From the human T2T-CHM13v2.0 reference genome, Homo sapiens: 64,000 nucleotides of DNA. The translations under genes and the position numbers were made by a program. The notes below the pieces were generated by a model that was given only the letters and a program-made list of their open reading frames with translations, ran no database searches and was not told the origin of the DNA. The stretch lies in the NCBI RefSeq assembly GCF_009914755.1, contig NC_060931.1; one strand, written 5' to 3'. Below are positions 17,053 to 30,582 of this stretch, in pieces. The first letter of the stretch is position 1. Each line of letters opens with the position of its first letter.

Positions 17053-17659
17053 TTTTGATTAAGCTTCACAGACACCCTTCAATATGAAGATTAGGTTCCT
17101 TGTTGCATACATCGTTTGCTCCCCTGCATTCATTGAGTTCTACTTGATTCTCTGTAACAAGTTTCATTGATTTGATGTTTTGCAGAACCAATTCTGTTTT
17201 GGACTGCATTTCTGGGATGTTCTTAATCGTCTTATCATTTTAACCTAAGCTTCTTTTAAACCCCAGTGTAACCTTGATTGATTTTGAAATGCCACCTTTC
17301 ATCTTTTCGGGAATGAATGCCAAGTGTTCTCTGCATAACACTGTTTGAATCTTGTAGTTGTTCCATTTTGGTTACCAGAGTCCAGTTCCGGATTCATTCC
17401 CCTTGCTGGCTCCTAGGGCTTAGAGCTCCTGCCACATAATGAATTTTCACTGATCCTTTTTTTTGCACCTTGTTGTTGTTTGTTTTGTGTTTATTGATAT
17501 TCTTAGTGGAGGAGCCTGTTTTGTCATCTTAAGTTTTTAGGCAGTGTTGTCATTATCCTTGTGTTTTGAAACGGTCTTGTATTTTATGTTTTTTCCTGAT
17601 GTAACTGTTACTCTAAAAAATGAAGATAATTTACTGAATTTCTTTTTATCTTTATTGTA

Positions 17660-17855
17660 TTGTGACAATAAAATTAAAAATTCTGTCTTAAAGTAGAGAG
17701 GATTGTAAATGTACCCCCACAGACCCCATCTGTCACCTGGTTTTTACTAATGTTCAGTTTTTCAATCTTTTTCGCTCCCACCCCACAGACACCCTTGTTC
17801 GTCCTGGAGTATTTTAAAGCAAATCCCAGATACTATGTCATGTCACCTGTAAATG
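17660..17855 (-). mobile_element. L1MC-type 3' end fragment
   Basis: GGAGTATTTTAAAGCAAATCCCAGA.ACTATGTCAT. Confidence 0.55.
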
Positions 17856-17956
17856 TCAGATATTATATCCTGGGGCTTTGCTGATGTTTCCTCATGGAAT
17901 TTAACTTGCTTCTGTAGACCCTTGTATTTGCTATAAACTGCTGGTTAGAACAAGGG

Positions 17957-18616
17957 CAGCGTTCTCAAACATTTTGGGCTCAGGAACCCTTCACAATCTT
18001 ACAATTTATTGAAGACCCCCAAAATGCTTGTATTGAGATAGGTCATACGTATTGATATTTTGCATATTAGAAATTTAAACAGAAAAATTTAACACATCAG
18101 GAGAGATAAGCACTTCCTCCCTTGGCCATTAGAGAGCTGATGTCAGGCTGAGGCAGGAGGATTGCTTGACCCCAGGAGTTTAACACTAGCCTAGGCAATA
18201 TCATGAGACCTTGTCTCCATAAATAATAATAATAATAATAATAATAATGAAAAAGCCAAGCGTGGTAGTGCACACCTGTAGCCCCAGCTACTTAGGAGGC
18301 TGAGGTGGTAGGATTACTTGAGTCCAGGAACTAGAGATTGCAGTGAGCCAAGATCGCACCATTGCACTTCAGCATGGGCAACAGAGCAAGACCCTGTCAC
18401 AAACAAACACCAAAACATGAAGAGAGAGAGAGAGAGATGATGTCGTGATATATCATGCAGCTTCTGGAAAACTCTGCTGTACACTTTGTAAAGAATGAGA
18501 GTGAAAAGGGCAAATAAGTCTTTGTACTATTAAGAAAGTAGTTTTGATTTTGTGGACTTTGTGAAGTAGCTCTGGGGGAACGCCAGAAGCCTCAGACCAC
18601 ACTTTGAGAACCCCTG
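17957..18616 (+). mobile_element. Charlie7a/MER119-like hAT element split by an AluJ
   Basis: TIRs CAGCGTTCTCAAA and TTTGAGAACCCCTG; CTGGAAAACTC..CTGTACAC..AGAATGAGAGTGAAAA. Confidence 0.8.
18145..18430 (+). mobile_element. AluJ, 5'-truncated, (AAT)n linker
   Basis: TSD AGAGAG(C/A)TGATGTC at 18131-44 and 18431-44. Confidence 0.92.
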
Positions 18617-18706
18617 ATGTGGTGACTCAGATACATTCAACTTCATCTTTGCTTTTGGAGGGGAGAGGGCAAGTATACCTCCTAGGGGGTAATGTGCGCT
18701 TCTTAC

Positions 18707-18993
18707 AACACACACACATATACGTATATTATACATATGTAACACACATATACACACACACAAATACACACACACATATCTACACACATACACACAGACA
18801 CACACACACATATACATATATATACAGACATACAAATACACATATATACACACAGACACAGAAACACACACATATACACATATATACACAGACACAAATA
18901 CGCACACATATATACACAGACACACAAATGCACATATATACACAGAGACACACAAATACACATATATACATACACATATATGCACACACACAT
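18707..18993. repeat. Complex (CA)/(TA)/(CAGA) microsatellite
   Basis: Direct reading. Confidence 0.95.
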
Positions 18994-19140
18994 GTATTTT
19001 TATTACTATAGTAGTTATATAACTACTTTATGTCTGGGAGTACAACTTTAATACCTTAGTCATTTATTTTCTCCTTTATTGTTATATAATTTCCGTGTGT
19101 GTATTTGTGTGTTAATTTTCCACTTAAAAATTTTTAAAAT

Positions 19141-19455
19141 TTGTTTTTAGTTTTATTTTGTTTGAGACAGGGTCTTGCCCTGTTGTTTAGCCTGCAGTTC
19201 AGTGGTGTGATCTTGGCTCACTGCAGCCTCAACCTTCTCAGCTCCAGTGATCCTCCCACTTCAGCCTCCTGAGTAGCTGGGACTATGGGCGTATGCCACC
19301 ATGCACAGCTAATTTTTTCGTGTTTTTTTTTTTTTTTTTTTTTTTTTGAGATAGAGTTTTGCCATGTGGCCCAGGCTGGTCTTGAACTCCCATATGATCG
19401 CCCACCTTGGCCTCCCAAAGTGCTGGGATTACAGGCATGAGCCATTGTGCCCGGT
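19141..19455 (-). mobile_element. AluJ with expanded middle T-tract
   Basis: GAGACAGGGTCTTG; GCTCACTGCAGCCTCAACC. Confidence 0.92.
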
Positions 19456-19825
19456 GCTTTTTTTTCTTTCTTTTTTTTAACTTTGTATTTTTGGCTTCAA
19501 TTTTCATTTGCGGGTATATTGTTGCACTTGCATTTGATTAACCCACTTTTGTATTTTAGTCCTAGATGTGTTTAGTTTTCATGAGCCTTCAGTAATCAGC
19601 ATATTGTTGCATTTGATTTACCACAGATGGAGAATTTTCTTCTCTTAATCAGACCAATTAGGTTGCTTTTATCTAGGGATGTGACTGTTAGATTTCAAAT
19701 ACCTTATATCATTCTGGTTTTCTTTTTTTTTTTGTTGTTCTTACCTCTATAAGTCATGCCCTCCTTTTTATTTATTTTTAAAGAAGTACCTAAGTCATGT
19801 ACATAGTCGTTGTTAAAAAAATTCA

Positions 19826-20274
<449 letters not shown>

Positions 20275-20295
20275 TTATGGCTTTTAAAAATGGTA

Positions 20296-20482
20296 GGCCG
20301 GGCGTGGTAGCTCACTCCTGTAATCCCAGCAGTTTGGGAGGCCGAGGCGGATGGATCACTTGAGGTCAGGAGTTGGAGGCCAGCCTGGCCAACATGGTGA
20401 AACCCCGTCTCTACTAAAAATTACAAAAATTATCCGGCATGGTGGTGGGTGCCTGTAATCCCAGCTACTTGAGAGGTTGAGG
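20296..20482 (+). mobile_element. AluS, 3'-truncated (no tail)
   Basis: Left arm, linker and about 50 nt of right arm, then unrelated sequence. Confidence 0.92.
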
Positions 20483-20732
20483 ACTCTTTTCCCTATGGTG
20501 GGGCACATTAGTTTCATCTTCTGTTGTGTTTTTGTTCTTTCCTTGGAGTTGCTTATGCTGGTGCCCAGGGTGCAGCTCTGCTCTGCTCTCTGCTGGCCCC
20601 AGGACAGCTGCAAAACCCTCCTAAGAATTGCTTCCACTCTGCTATGTTTCGTGTCCTGTTTCCTTGAGCAGCAGCATGAGTTTTAAATATAACTGTAGGG
20701 TTTTACTTGATTCTAAGTTCAAAGTAGTGACA

Positions 20733-21231
20733 CAGGGGTCCCCAACCCCTGGGCCACAAACTGGTCTGTGGCCTGTTAGGAACCTGGCCTCACAGCAGGA
20801 GGTGAGTGGTGGCAAGCGATCGAAGCTTCATCTGTATTTACAGCTGCTCCCCATTGCTTGCATTACCACCTGAGCTCCACCTCCTGTCAGGCCAGTAGCA
20901 GCATTAGATTCTCATAGGAGTGTGAAACCTTTGTGAACTGTGCATGTGAGGGATCTAGGATGAGTGCTTCTTATGAGAATCTAATGTCTGATGATCTGTC
21001 ACCGTCTCCCATCACCCCCAGATGGGAGACAGTGACATCTAGTTGCAGGAAAACAAGCTCAGGGGTCCCACTGATTCTGCATAATGTTGAGTAAGTAGTA
21101 ATAATAGCAGTAAAGTGCAGAATAAATGTAATGCTCTTGAATCATCCTGAAACCACCCCTCCCCTCTAGTCTGTGGACAAATTGTCTTCTATGAAACTTG
21201 TCCCTGGTGCCAAAAAGGTTGGGGACTGCTG
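20733..21231 (+). mobile_element. MER1A (hAT-Charlie)
   Basis: TIRs CAGGGGTCCCCAACC and GGTTGGGGACTGCTG; perfect 8-bp TSD TAGTGACA. Confidence 0.95.
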
Positions 21232-21239
21232 TAGTGACA

Positions 21240-21460
21240 ATAACTCACATTTATTGACCAGGTACTACGTGACAGTCACCTCAGATGTCCCATCTCATAT
21301 GATATTTGCAGCAACTCTATTAGGTAAACACTATTTTTGCTTTCATTTTACAAATTAGGTAAGTGAAGCATAGAGAGGTTAAATAACTTGAGGGTAATTC
21401 TTCCAAGGGGGTGGAGTCAGATTCACACCCAAACAATCTCTCCTGTCTACTGCATTGTCA
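21240..21460 (-). mobile_element. MIR
   Basis: CATTTATTGA...CATTTTACAAAT.AGG.AAGTGAAGCA.AGAGAGGTTAAATAACTTG. Confidence 0.7.
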
Positions 21461-22117
21461 TTAAGAGTGATGAAGAGCCCAAGAACCAACCTCATTCTAG
21501 CCTTTACCAATGTGTGTATCTCTTTCTTATTTTTGGTTTACTTTCTCAGAATCTTTGGTTCTAGTAGATTTTTAAAATTAAACCTTTGTTTCCTCTGCCA
21601 TCTCTTATCTCTTTCTGGAATGCTTCTGTGTCAGGTGCTAGATCTCAGTTGATCACTTGCTTTTTATTCTCTCACTTTTTTTGGTCTTTTAATTTAATTT
21701 TCTGAAAAATTTCTTCAATTTGATCTTCCAACTCTTCTGGAGTTTTAAATTTTTTGTTATATTTAATTTCCAAGAGCCTTTCTTATTTCCTGACTTTTCC
21801 TTTTTCTAAGTATCCTGTTCTTGTTTAATGAATATGGTATCTTTCCCTTGATTCTCTGAGGATGATAAGGGGGTTTCCCTTGTGTTCTGCAAGGGGTCTG
21901 TCTACTCCTTGCTCCAAGTGTATTTTACCTATTTGTAGGCTTTTATGTCTGTCCTCATATTTTTATTTTCCTCAAATGTCTGGTGATGCTTTGTTCTTTT
22001 GTATTTATGAGGAAGGCACTAATATGTTTGGTAGCTTTCTGTGCATTGTGGTGGTAAGAGGAAGCCAATGGTTCTCACTGGTAGGTGCTCTGGCAGGTGG
22101 ATGGCTGTTTTGCTGGG

Positions 22118-23100
22118 TGTATGAAATGAATTATGTCCCTCCAAAATTCATTTGTTGAGTCCTGTGAACCTAAGTTCTCTGAAAAGTAATTTGGAGGAAA
22201 GAGACTTCATTCCAGTGAATAGTTTGCAAACAAGGGAGCCACGTCTTTGGTGTAAAACAAAGGTGAGTTCCAGAGAACAAATACGTTCAGGGTTTATAGC
22301 AAAACTCCCTGCTGAGGTTCCCAATTAAGTCCATTTATGCAAATGAAGGATTTGGACTTGCTTAGTTCTGGTTGGTCACACAGCTGAATCATGACTGGTT
22401 GATGTGGTTGAACCCTGACTGGATGGAGCGGGTGAGCTCTGATTGGTTGGTTTCCAAGCCCCAAACCAGAAGTCTCTGTTAGACCTTTCAAAAGGCCAGT
22501 TGGGAGGTGGGGGAATTCTTGCTTCAGTTTATCTTGGCACCAACAACAGAAACTGGTTTGGCTTGATTGTAGAAAGGGAGGTCCTGTGATATTTTCATAA
22601 CATCTTTCTGAGAACACATTGTACGTGACCTTCATAACATCTTTCTGAGAACACAGTGTATGCGACTGAACCTTCACCCAGCCATGACCACCTGGTTCTG
22701 CTCTAACTCACCCTAAATAGCCATGGGGTGTAGTCCATTTTATCTGTCAGTAGAGGCATACTTTTATGGTCCTAACCTCAAGTATCTCAGAATGTGTCTG
22801 TACTTGGAGATAGGGCTTTGAAAGAGAAAATGGGAGTTAAACGAGGTCACTGGGGTGGCCCTTAATCCAATATGCCTGGTGTCCTCGTAAGAAAAGGAGA
22901 TTAGGACACAGACACACAGGGGGAAGACCATGTGAAGACACTTGGAAGATACAGCCATCTACAAGCCAAGGAGAGACGTCTCAGAATGAAACCAACCCTG
23001 CTGACAACTTGGACTTTCAGCCTCCAGAACTGTGAAAAAATAAATTTCTGGTGTTCAATACACCCCCCTCTGTATTAGTTTGTAATGGCAAACTAATATA
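22118..23100 (+). mobile_element. MLT1B LTR split by another LTR
   Basis: GAATTATGTCCCTCCAAAATTCA...CCATCTACAAGCCAAGGAGAGA...CAGCCTCCAGAACTGTGA. Confidence 0.88.
22163..22768 (-). mobile_element. ERV solo LTR (MER54/MER73/MER74-like; family uncertain)
   Basis: About 600-bp insert starting TG with GTCC duplicated at both ends; octamer ATGCAAAT 22337-44; CCAAT-like boxes on the minus strand. Confidence 0.65.
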
Positions 23101-23412
23101 TGAAGTGAAGCCCAAATACCCATATCTATAGATCTTTCCTCTAGGGCTATTCAGTTTTCCTAGAGAGGAAACTTCTAGTATTCTGCTGGGAGTCTAGGCC
23201 TGCTGTGTGCATGCTGGGCGCTGAGCCTCATGAAGGAGCTCAGGACTCTCCATCTGGGATCTAGACTTTCATGGAACTTTGCTTTGCTCCCATTACCCCT
23301 TGCCCTTTTCTGTGCCTGGGACCCCAGCCCTGGAGCCCCTAGTGGGAGGTACTCAGCTGTCTGGGTGGAATTGGCACAGGGGTGGACTATGGAGGACTAA
23401 GGGGAGAGCAGC

Positions 23413-23539
23413 ATTCTATCCATGTTCCCACAAAAGACAGGATCTCCTTTTTCATGGCTGCATAGTATTTCATGGTGTATGTGTACCACATTTTCTTTAT
23501 CCAATCTGTCATTGATGGGCATTTAGGTTGATTCCATGT
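23413..23539 (-). mobile_element. Orphan L1PA fragment (ORF2 end)
   Basis: CATGGCTGCATAGTATT.CATGGTGTATGTGTACCACATTTTCTTTATCC. Confidence 0.85.
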
Positions 23540-24087
23540 AACCTTATACAGAATTACAGCCATGCTTTTTTTTTTTTTTTTTTTTCCAACCCTACAACTT
23601 GTTCCTCACCTCCCGGAGCCTCCTCTCTGGGGTCCTGGGCATGAATTAACATCTCCCTCCGTAGCCAATTGGAATTCCACTCGGCTGACTTCTCCTTCAT
23701 TTCTTCTTTCAAACTTCCATTCGTGTTGCCTGTCTGCAGTCTCCTTTTGCTTTCTTGTCCTTGTAAATCCATAGATTCTCCCTGCTATGGACTGACCATA
23801 AGGGACTAATTGATAGTCCAGTGGTCAGGCTGATGTCAGCATGCTTCTGCAGTGGAGGAATCTGACCCAGAAACTCATCTCTTTGCATCTCTGCACGCTG
23901 CTGCCTTTGATGTAAGCTTCATTTTTAACTTTGTGTTTTGAAATAGTTTTAGACTTGCAGGAAAGTTGCAAAGATAATACAGAGAGTTCCCTAATGGTAA
24001 CATCTTACGTAACTGTGGTATGATGGTCAAAGCTCATAAATTAGCATTAGTACAATACTGTCAAGTAAACTACAGACCTTATTTAGA

Positions 24088-24386
24088 TTTTTTTTTTTTT
24101 TTTTTTTTTTTGACGAAGTCTTTGTTTCCTAGGCTGGAATGTGGTGGCATGATCTCAGCTCACTGCAAACTTCACTTCCTGGGTTCAAGCGACTCTGCTG
24201 CCTCAGCCTCTGGATGAGCTGGGATTACGGGCACCCGGCACCACGCCCGGCTAATTTTGATTTTTTAGTAGAGATGGGGTTTCACCATGTTGGCCAGACT
24301 GGACTCAAACTCTTGACCTCAGGTGATCAAACAGCCTCAGCCTTCCAAGGTGCTGGGATTATAGGTGTGAGCCACCACTGCTGGCC
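24088..24386 (-). mobile_element. AluS
   Basis: Perfect TSD CTTATTTAGATTTT. Confidence 0.95.
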
Positions 24387-24477
24387 CTTATTTAGATTTT
24401 ACCAGATTTCCCAGTAATGTGCCTTATTTTCTGTTCCCAAATCCAATCCAGGGTCCCATATTGTAGTTCATTGTTAG

Positions 24478-24770
<293 letters not shown>

Positions 24771-24952
24771 ACCTGACCTTCTTACTTTTGAAGAGGACTA
24801 GTCAGGTGTTTTGTGGAATGTTTCTTCATTTGAGTTTGACTGGCTTTTATTCATGATTTGATTTAGATTTGGGGGAAGGACATCAGAGAGGTGATGTGTC
24901 CTTCTAAGTGCATCATATGTCTTACTACTGGTGACGTTGTTACTGATTCTTA

Positions 24953-25267
<315 letters not shown>

Positions 25268-25721
25268 AAGATAGTTTCTTTCAGGTTTTTCCTGTAAAGT
25301 TACAGTGGAGTGTAGAGGTTTCTTCTTATGTAATTAATATATACTCGGAGGCTATGCAAATATCTAATTTTTTTTCTCTTAAACTTTTGCCAACTATTTT
25401 TAGCATTCACTGATGGACGTTGCTGGCAGTCTAAGTGGTGCGTTTCTAGCTCTCTCATTCCTCCCACATTTATTAATTGAAATTCTTCTGTAAGGAAGAA
25501 TTGTCCCTTCTATCCCAGTTATTTGTTTATTCAGTCATGTATTTATATCAGTATGGACTTATGAATATTTATTTTAACCTTTAAGCTATATCTAATACTA
25601 TGTTTATTTCTCTTCTTGCTCAAATTGTTCTAGCTTTGACCACTGGGAACTCTTTCAGGTTGGCTTCTGTGCCCTTTTGACATGACCCCATAATCCCGAC
25701 TTTTTTTTTTCGAGCACTTAA

Positions 25722-26173
25722 CTTTTTCTTTTTTAAAAAAACTTTTATTTTAGGTTCAGGGGTACATGTGAAGGTTTGTTACACAGGTGAACTCATGTTA
25801 CGGGGGCTTGTCGTACAGATTATTCCATCACCCAGGTATTAAGCCTGGTACCCAATAGTTACCTTGTCTGCTCCTCTCCTTCCTCCCACCCTCCACCCTC
25901 CATGCTCAAGTAGCCCCAGTGTGTGTTGTTCCCTCTTTGTGTTCATGTGTTCTCATCATTTAACCTCCCACTTATTAGTGAGAACATGTGGTATTTGGAT
26001 TTCTCTTCCTGCATTAGTTTACTAAAGGATAATGGCCTTCAGTTCCATCCATATTTCTGCAAAGGACATGATCTCATTCTTTTTTATGGCTGCATAATAT
26101 TCTGTGGTATATATATACCACATTTTCTTTATCCAATTTGTCATTGATAGGCATTTAGGTTGATTCCATGTCT
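25722..26173 (-). mobile_element. L1PA (about PA10-13) 3' end, 5'-truncated
   Basis: TTTTAGGTTCAGGGGTACATGTG.AGGTTTGTTAC...CATCACCCAGGTATTAAGCC. Confidence 0.9.
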
Positions 26174-26239
26174 TGATTATTTCACTTGTATTTTGATGAG
26201 GTTTCAGAAAGAAGCAGAGAAGCAGGTGTTCAATACATT

Positions 26240-26520
26240 TTTATTTTTATTTTTATTGTTTTTTATGTCTGTTGCCCAGGCTGGAGAGCAGTGGTGCGAT
26301 CTCAGCTCACTGCAACCTCTGCCTCCTGGGTTCAAGTGATTCTCCTGCCTTAGCTTCCTGAGTAGGGTAGTCATATGCCACCATGCCTGGCTAACTTTGT
26401 ATTTTTAGTAAACGGAGTTTTGCCATGTCGGCCAGGCTGGTCTCAAACCTCTGACCTCAAGGGATCCTTCGCCTTGTCCTCCCAAAGTGTCGGGATTACA
26501 GGCATGAACCGAGCCTGGCC
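26240..26520 (-). mobile_element. AluS
   Basis: TSD TCAATACATT. Confidence 0.93.
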
Positions 26521-26639
26521 TCAATACATTCTTCCTAAACTTTTTTGATCATCAAGATTTTCTTTGTTTCTTATGATGTTTTCCATTATTTTAAATTTAT
26601 ATTAGCTGTCATCTAAACAAATCATCTCTGCAGTGGACA

Positions 26640-27140
26640 TCTGTTTGAGAGAGTGCTTCCAGTTCTCATCCTTCCAAGAACAGTAACCTGAATTTACTTC
26701 CCATCCTTACCCATGTGTGCTTGGGGGCTGATACTACATGTAGGTGTAAACCACGTGGTATATCCGTCCTGGTCAAAGCCAGCAAACCATGAGAACACCT
26801 TTTCTAGGGCTTTTGGAAAGGGGAGGTTTCTCTTCCTTGCAAGGAAGCTGCCAGAGGAGCTGTTCTTTCTTTGGATGGTGATGTGTTCTGAAACAACATC
26901 TGGAGCTGCTGTAGCCACTGGATCACTATGAGCTGAGGCTGGAACTGCTATGAGAGCCCCAGGTGGAGCCCAGCCTGGGAGGAAGAGGAGTTCCAAAGAA
27001 TCAGCACCTTGGGGTTTTGTTTGAGTTTCTGTTGTAGGAAGCCTCACCTAACCTTTTGAATATTCAACCCATGAACCAAAATACTCTATTGTTGAAACCA
27101 ATCTATATTGGTTTTCTTGGCAACTTCAGTCCTAACCAGC
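26640..27140 (+). mobile_element. Old MLT1 (MLT1J/K/L-like) LTR
   Basis: CTGGAGCTGCTG.AGCCA; 3' end ATTGGTTTTCTTGGCAAC...AGTCCTAAC. Confidence 0.5.
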
Positions 27141-27151
27141 ATAAACTCATT

Positions 27152-27448
27152 ATTTTATTTTTTTTCTTTTTGAGACAGAGTCTCCCTCTGCCACCCAGGC
27201 TGGAGGGGCGTGATCTCTGCTCACTGCAACCTCCACCTCCTGGGTTCAAGTGATTCTCTTGCCTCAGCCTCCTGCGTAGCTGTGACTACAGGTGCATGCC
27301 ACCACACTCAGCTAATTTTTGTATTTTTAGTAGAGATGGGGTTTCGCCATGTTGGCCAGGCTGGTCTTGAACTCCTGACCTCAAGTGATCTGCCCGCCTC
27401 AGCCTCCCAAAGTGCTGGGATTATAGGCATGAGCCACCGCACACAGCC
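27152..27448 (-). mobile_element. AluS
   Basis: TSD CATA(A/G)ACTCATT. Confidence 0.95.
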
Positions 27449-27814
27449 CATAGACTCATTCTTACAGAAATTGTGCTTCACTACCTTAAATTTTCAGGTA
27501 GAGCATGCACTAGGGATTATTATATCTGAGTCGATCTGCAAATATTTTGAAGCAAACACATCTTATTTTCTGTTTCCAGGCTGGCCAGAGCTTTCTGCTG
27601 CATAATGGCGGCAGCGATTACATTGCACGTTGCTTCTTTGACATCTGAGATGTTTGAGGCTGGAAACTCACTGCCTCAGGCCTTCTGTTAGTGAGAAACG
27701 CCAATTAAGTTCAGTGAATAAATTGAGCTGCATGTTAGCTTTCAGACACAGAGAAGTTCCGTACTGTATCTAAGAAACTTCCCGAAATGTCTTGTTCCAG
27801 TGGATGACATAACT

Positions 27815-28210
27815 TGTCGTTTGACTAAGAAATTGCATCTTAGGAAATTATCTCAAGGAAATAAGCAGACAAGTATTTATACACAAGGAAGGTATAAGCC
27901 AGAGGATTACTACCATGCTGTCATTCCCCGGGAAAATTGGGTATAGCATTTAAATGAGCAATAATGGGCAATTGATTAAGTAAATGATGATACATTCATG
28001 GCCTGCCATGCTATGCAGCCATTAAACAATGATGTTGATGTATATTTTTGACATGAAATTTTGCTTATGGTACACTATTAGGTTAAAAAAAGAGACAAGT
28101 TATATCACAGTAAGTAAAGTATAATTGCATTTTGTAAAAAATTGTGTGTATACATATGCATATAAATGAGATGTATACATATATATATGCATGTAAAAGA
28201 TTAGAGGATA
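27815..28210 (+). mobile_element. L1ME-type fragment
   Basis: TTTGAC...AATT.CA.CTTAGGAA.TTATC..AAGGAAATAA; ATGCAGCCATTAAA. Confidence 0.55.
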
Positions 28211-28669
28211 TATCATTTTGACCTTTTGATGACTTGCTGTTTTTCTAGATCAAAGCTATATGGTTTATGAGCAATATATTAATAAAGAATTAACTATCTT
28301 TAATTTGTTGAGTAAATAAACTAAAACAAGAATGAGCTATCTGACACCAGGGTCCTTCTTTAGGAACTTCAATTTTGGAACAATGAATGAAGTGAGTAGG
28401 GCGCTTCTTTAATATCTAATCATTTTGTGAACTGTTAAGGTCTTAAGTGTCTGTGGTTTGGATATGTCTCCTACCATCTGCCCTTGGCCTTCCTGGTGGT
28501 TGGCCTGGGAACCCCGGGGTGGAGACAGGGCTTCTGTTTGGAGAGCAGCAGAGCAAAGTTGAACATCAAAAGCCATGGGCCTGGATTCTAATTTGGAAAC
28601 CTCCTTTTTCTATCTTCGTGGTCTAGGCCAACTCAGTCCTCTGTTCCACTGGGGCATGATGAGGTTGGC

Positions 28670-28958
28670 TTTCTTTTTTCTTTTTCTTTGAGACCGAGTC
28701 TTGCTGTTTCACCCAGGCTGGAGTGCAGTGGCATGATCAACCTCTGCCTCCCGGTTTCAAGTGATTCTCCCACCTCAGCCTCCAAAGTAGCTGGGATTAC
28801 AGGTATGCACCACCATGCCCAGCTAATTTTTGTATTTTTAGTACAGATACGGTTTCGCCATGTTGGCCAGGCTGGTCTCGAACTCCTGACCTCAGGTGAT
28901 CCACCCTCCTCGGCCTCCCAAAGTGCTGGGATTACAGACGTGAGCAACTACACCTGGC
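28670..28958 (-). mobile_element. AluS
   Basis: Both arms; small right-arm deletion. Confidence 0.94.
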
Positions 28959-29235
28959 TGGCCGTCTTTACTTCAAAGCAGTGGAGTCACAGAGCCTTAT
29001 ACATGAATGGAAAGTATTGCCAAAAGGCTCCGTGGTCCTTTTGGGTCTCCTTTGGAAAAGAAGCTGGGACATTTGCTTTGCCCTGCCCCCTTCCTATGAC
29101 AGTCTGTCCCCCCTCTATGTGCTGCCGTCCAAGGAACCACACTTCTTTGGAACAAAGGGAGCTGGGCAGGATCATCTCTGTCCCCTCCAGCTTTTGAGCC
29201 CCTCCTTGAAATCTGCATTTAAAGCATTCAGAAGA

Positions 29236-29564
29236 TGCTGAGCATGATGGCTCACTCCTGTAATCCCAGCACTTTGGGAGGCCGAGGTGGGAGGATGGCT
29301 TGAACCCAGGAGTTCAAGAAGAGCCTGGGCAAGATAGGGAGACACCGTCTCTACAAAAAAAAAAAAAAAAAAAAAAAAAGCAAAATGCAAAAATTAGCTG
29401 GGCATGGTGGTATGTGCCAGTAGTCCCAGCTACTTGGGAGACTGAGGCGGGAGAATTGCTTGAGTGCAGGAGTTCAAGGCTGCAGTGGGCCATGATTGCG
29501 CAATTGTACTCCAGCCTGGATGAGAGAGCAAGACCCTGTCTCTAAAAAATGGAAAAAAAAAAAA
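29236..29564 (+). mobile_element. AluJ with expanded A-linker
   Basis: GGAGTTCAAGGCTGCAGTG; TSD AAA(G/T)CATT(C/G)AGAAGA. Confidence 0.93.
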
Positions 29565-30353
29565 TCATTGAGAAGAGAGAACCCAGAGGTTGAGATGTGC
29601 TGGTCCCTGGGAGAACTCAGGGGAGATCCCAGTTCTCTGGAGGCCAGCCGTCCAAAAGCATTTCTCACCCATTTTCCTGCATTTCATGGACACACAATTT
29701 GGATGCCTAGGGGTTTTTCATAAGCCATGATTATGTTTTTTTGGCGAGAGACCCCTGTTATCCCTCCTACCCCCCTTGCTAGATGGCTTAATTTCGTTTG
29801 CTCTCACCATTTGATTTGATTTGATGGCATACAGCATGAGGTTCCCAAATCATTTCTGCCTGTTAAGCAAACATATATTTCTGGGATTGATGTTTTAATT
29901 TAATGAAATACATTCTAATGAGGGTCAGCTGCAGCCATGAATTTTTTTATGAGTGATTTGCCAAAAAACCCATTGCCTGGTGACATTCTGTGCTTGGCTG
30001 AGCGAGTCTGAGAGAGAGTCCTGGTTCCAGCTCACGGGTTGAGGAAGAGACACAGGGCAAGATTCTGCCGGTCGTGGCATGCCTGGATTTCCATGCTAGG
30101 TGCTATGTCGGTTTCTCTGCTTCTGTGCTGGTGGCTCATCAGATGCCTTCTTCCCTGGATATGCATAGGAGTAATTCAGCCCGATAGAGGAGGAGACAGT
30201 GGCCTGAGAGGACCCCAGTTTGGTGTTTGATCCAGGGCTCATCTTCAGGATACAGCAAGGCAGATAATGAGGAGGGACTTGCTTGGTGTGTGTGTGTGTC
30301 TGTGATGTACACGTGTGTGTTGGAGGCCAGGGTGGGAAGGGGCCCACACACAG

Positions 30354-30532
30354 CCCAGCTGTCTCTAAACAGCCCCTGATGTCCCAGCCAAGCAGGAGTA
30401 CAGGATGGCTGGACTCTGCTAAAAGCTCCTAACTCAACCCAGCAAACGTTAAGTCTATGCTAGTGGCCATCCCTGGTTCCATCTGGGACCTGTGAGAAGT
30501 CATGGAATCAACCGTCCACCTCCACTCAGCTC
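30354..30532 (+). repeat. Copy 1 of a 179-bp dispersed direct repeat (partner 31801-31979)
   Basis: Manual ungapped alignment, 24 mismatches in 179. Confidence 0.95.
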
Positions 30533-30582
30533 AGGTGACCTGGGGCCAACACAGCTGGTGTCCTGTCTAGAAGCCATTGCCC

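Noticed and set aside
22594-22667. CRISPR-like repeats (also 746-785 and 55909-55978)
   Set aside because: Only two or three adjacent units, no unique spacers, no cas genes, and eukaryotic DNA.
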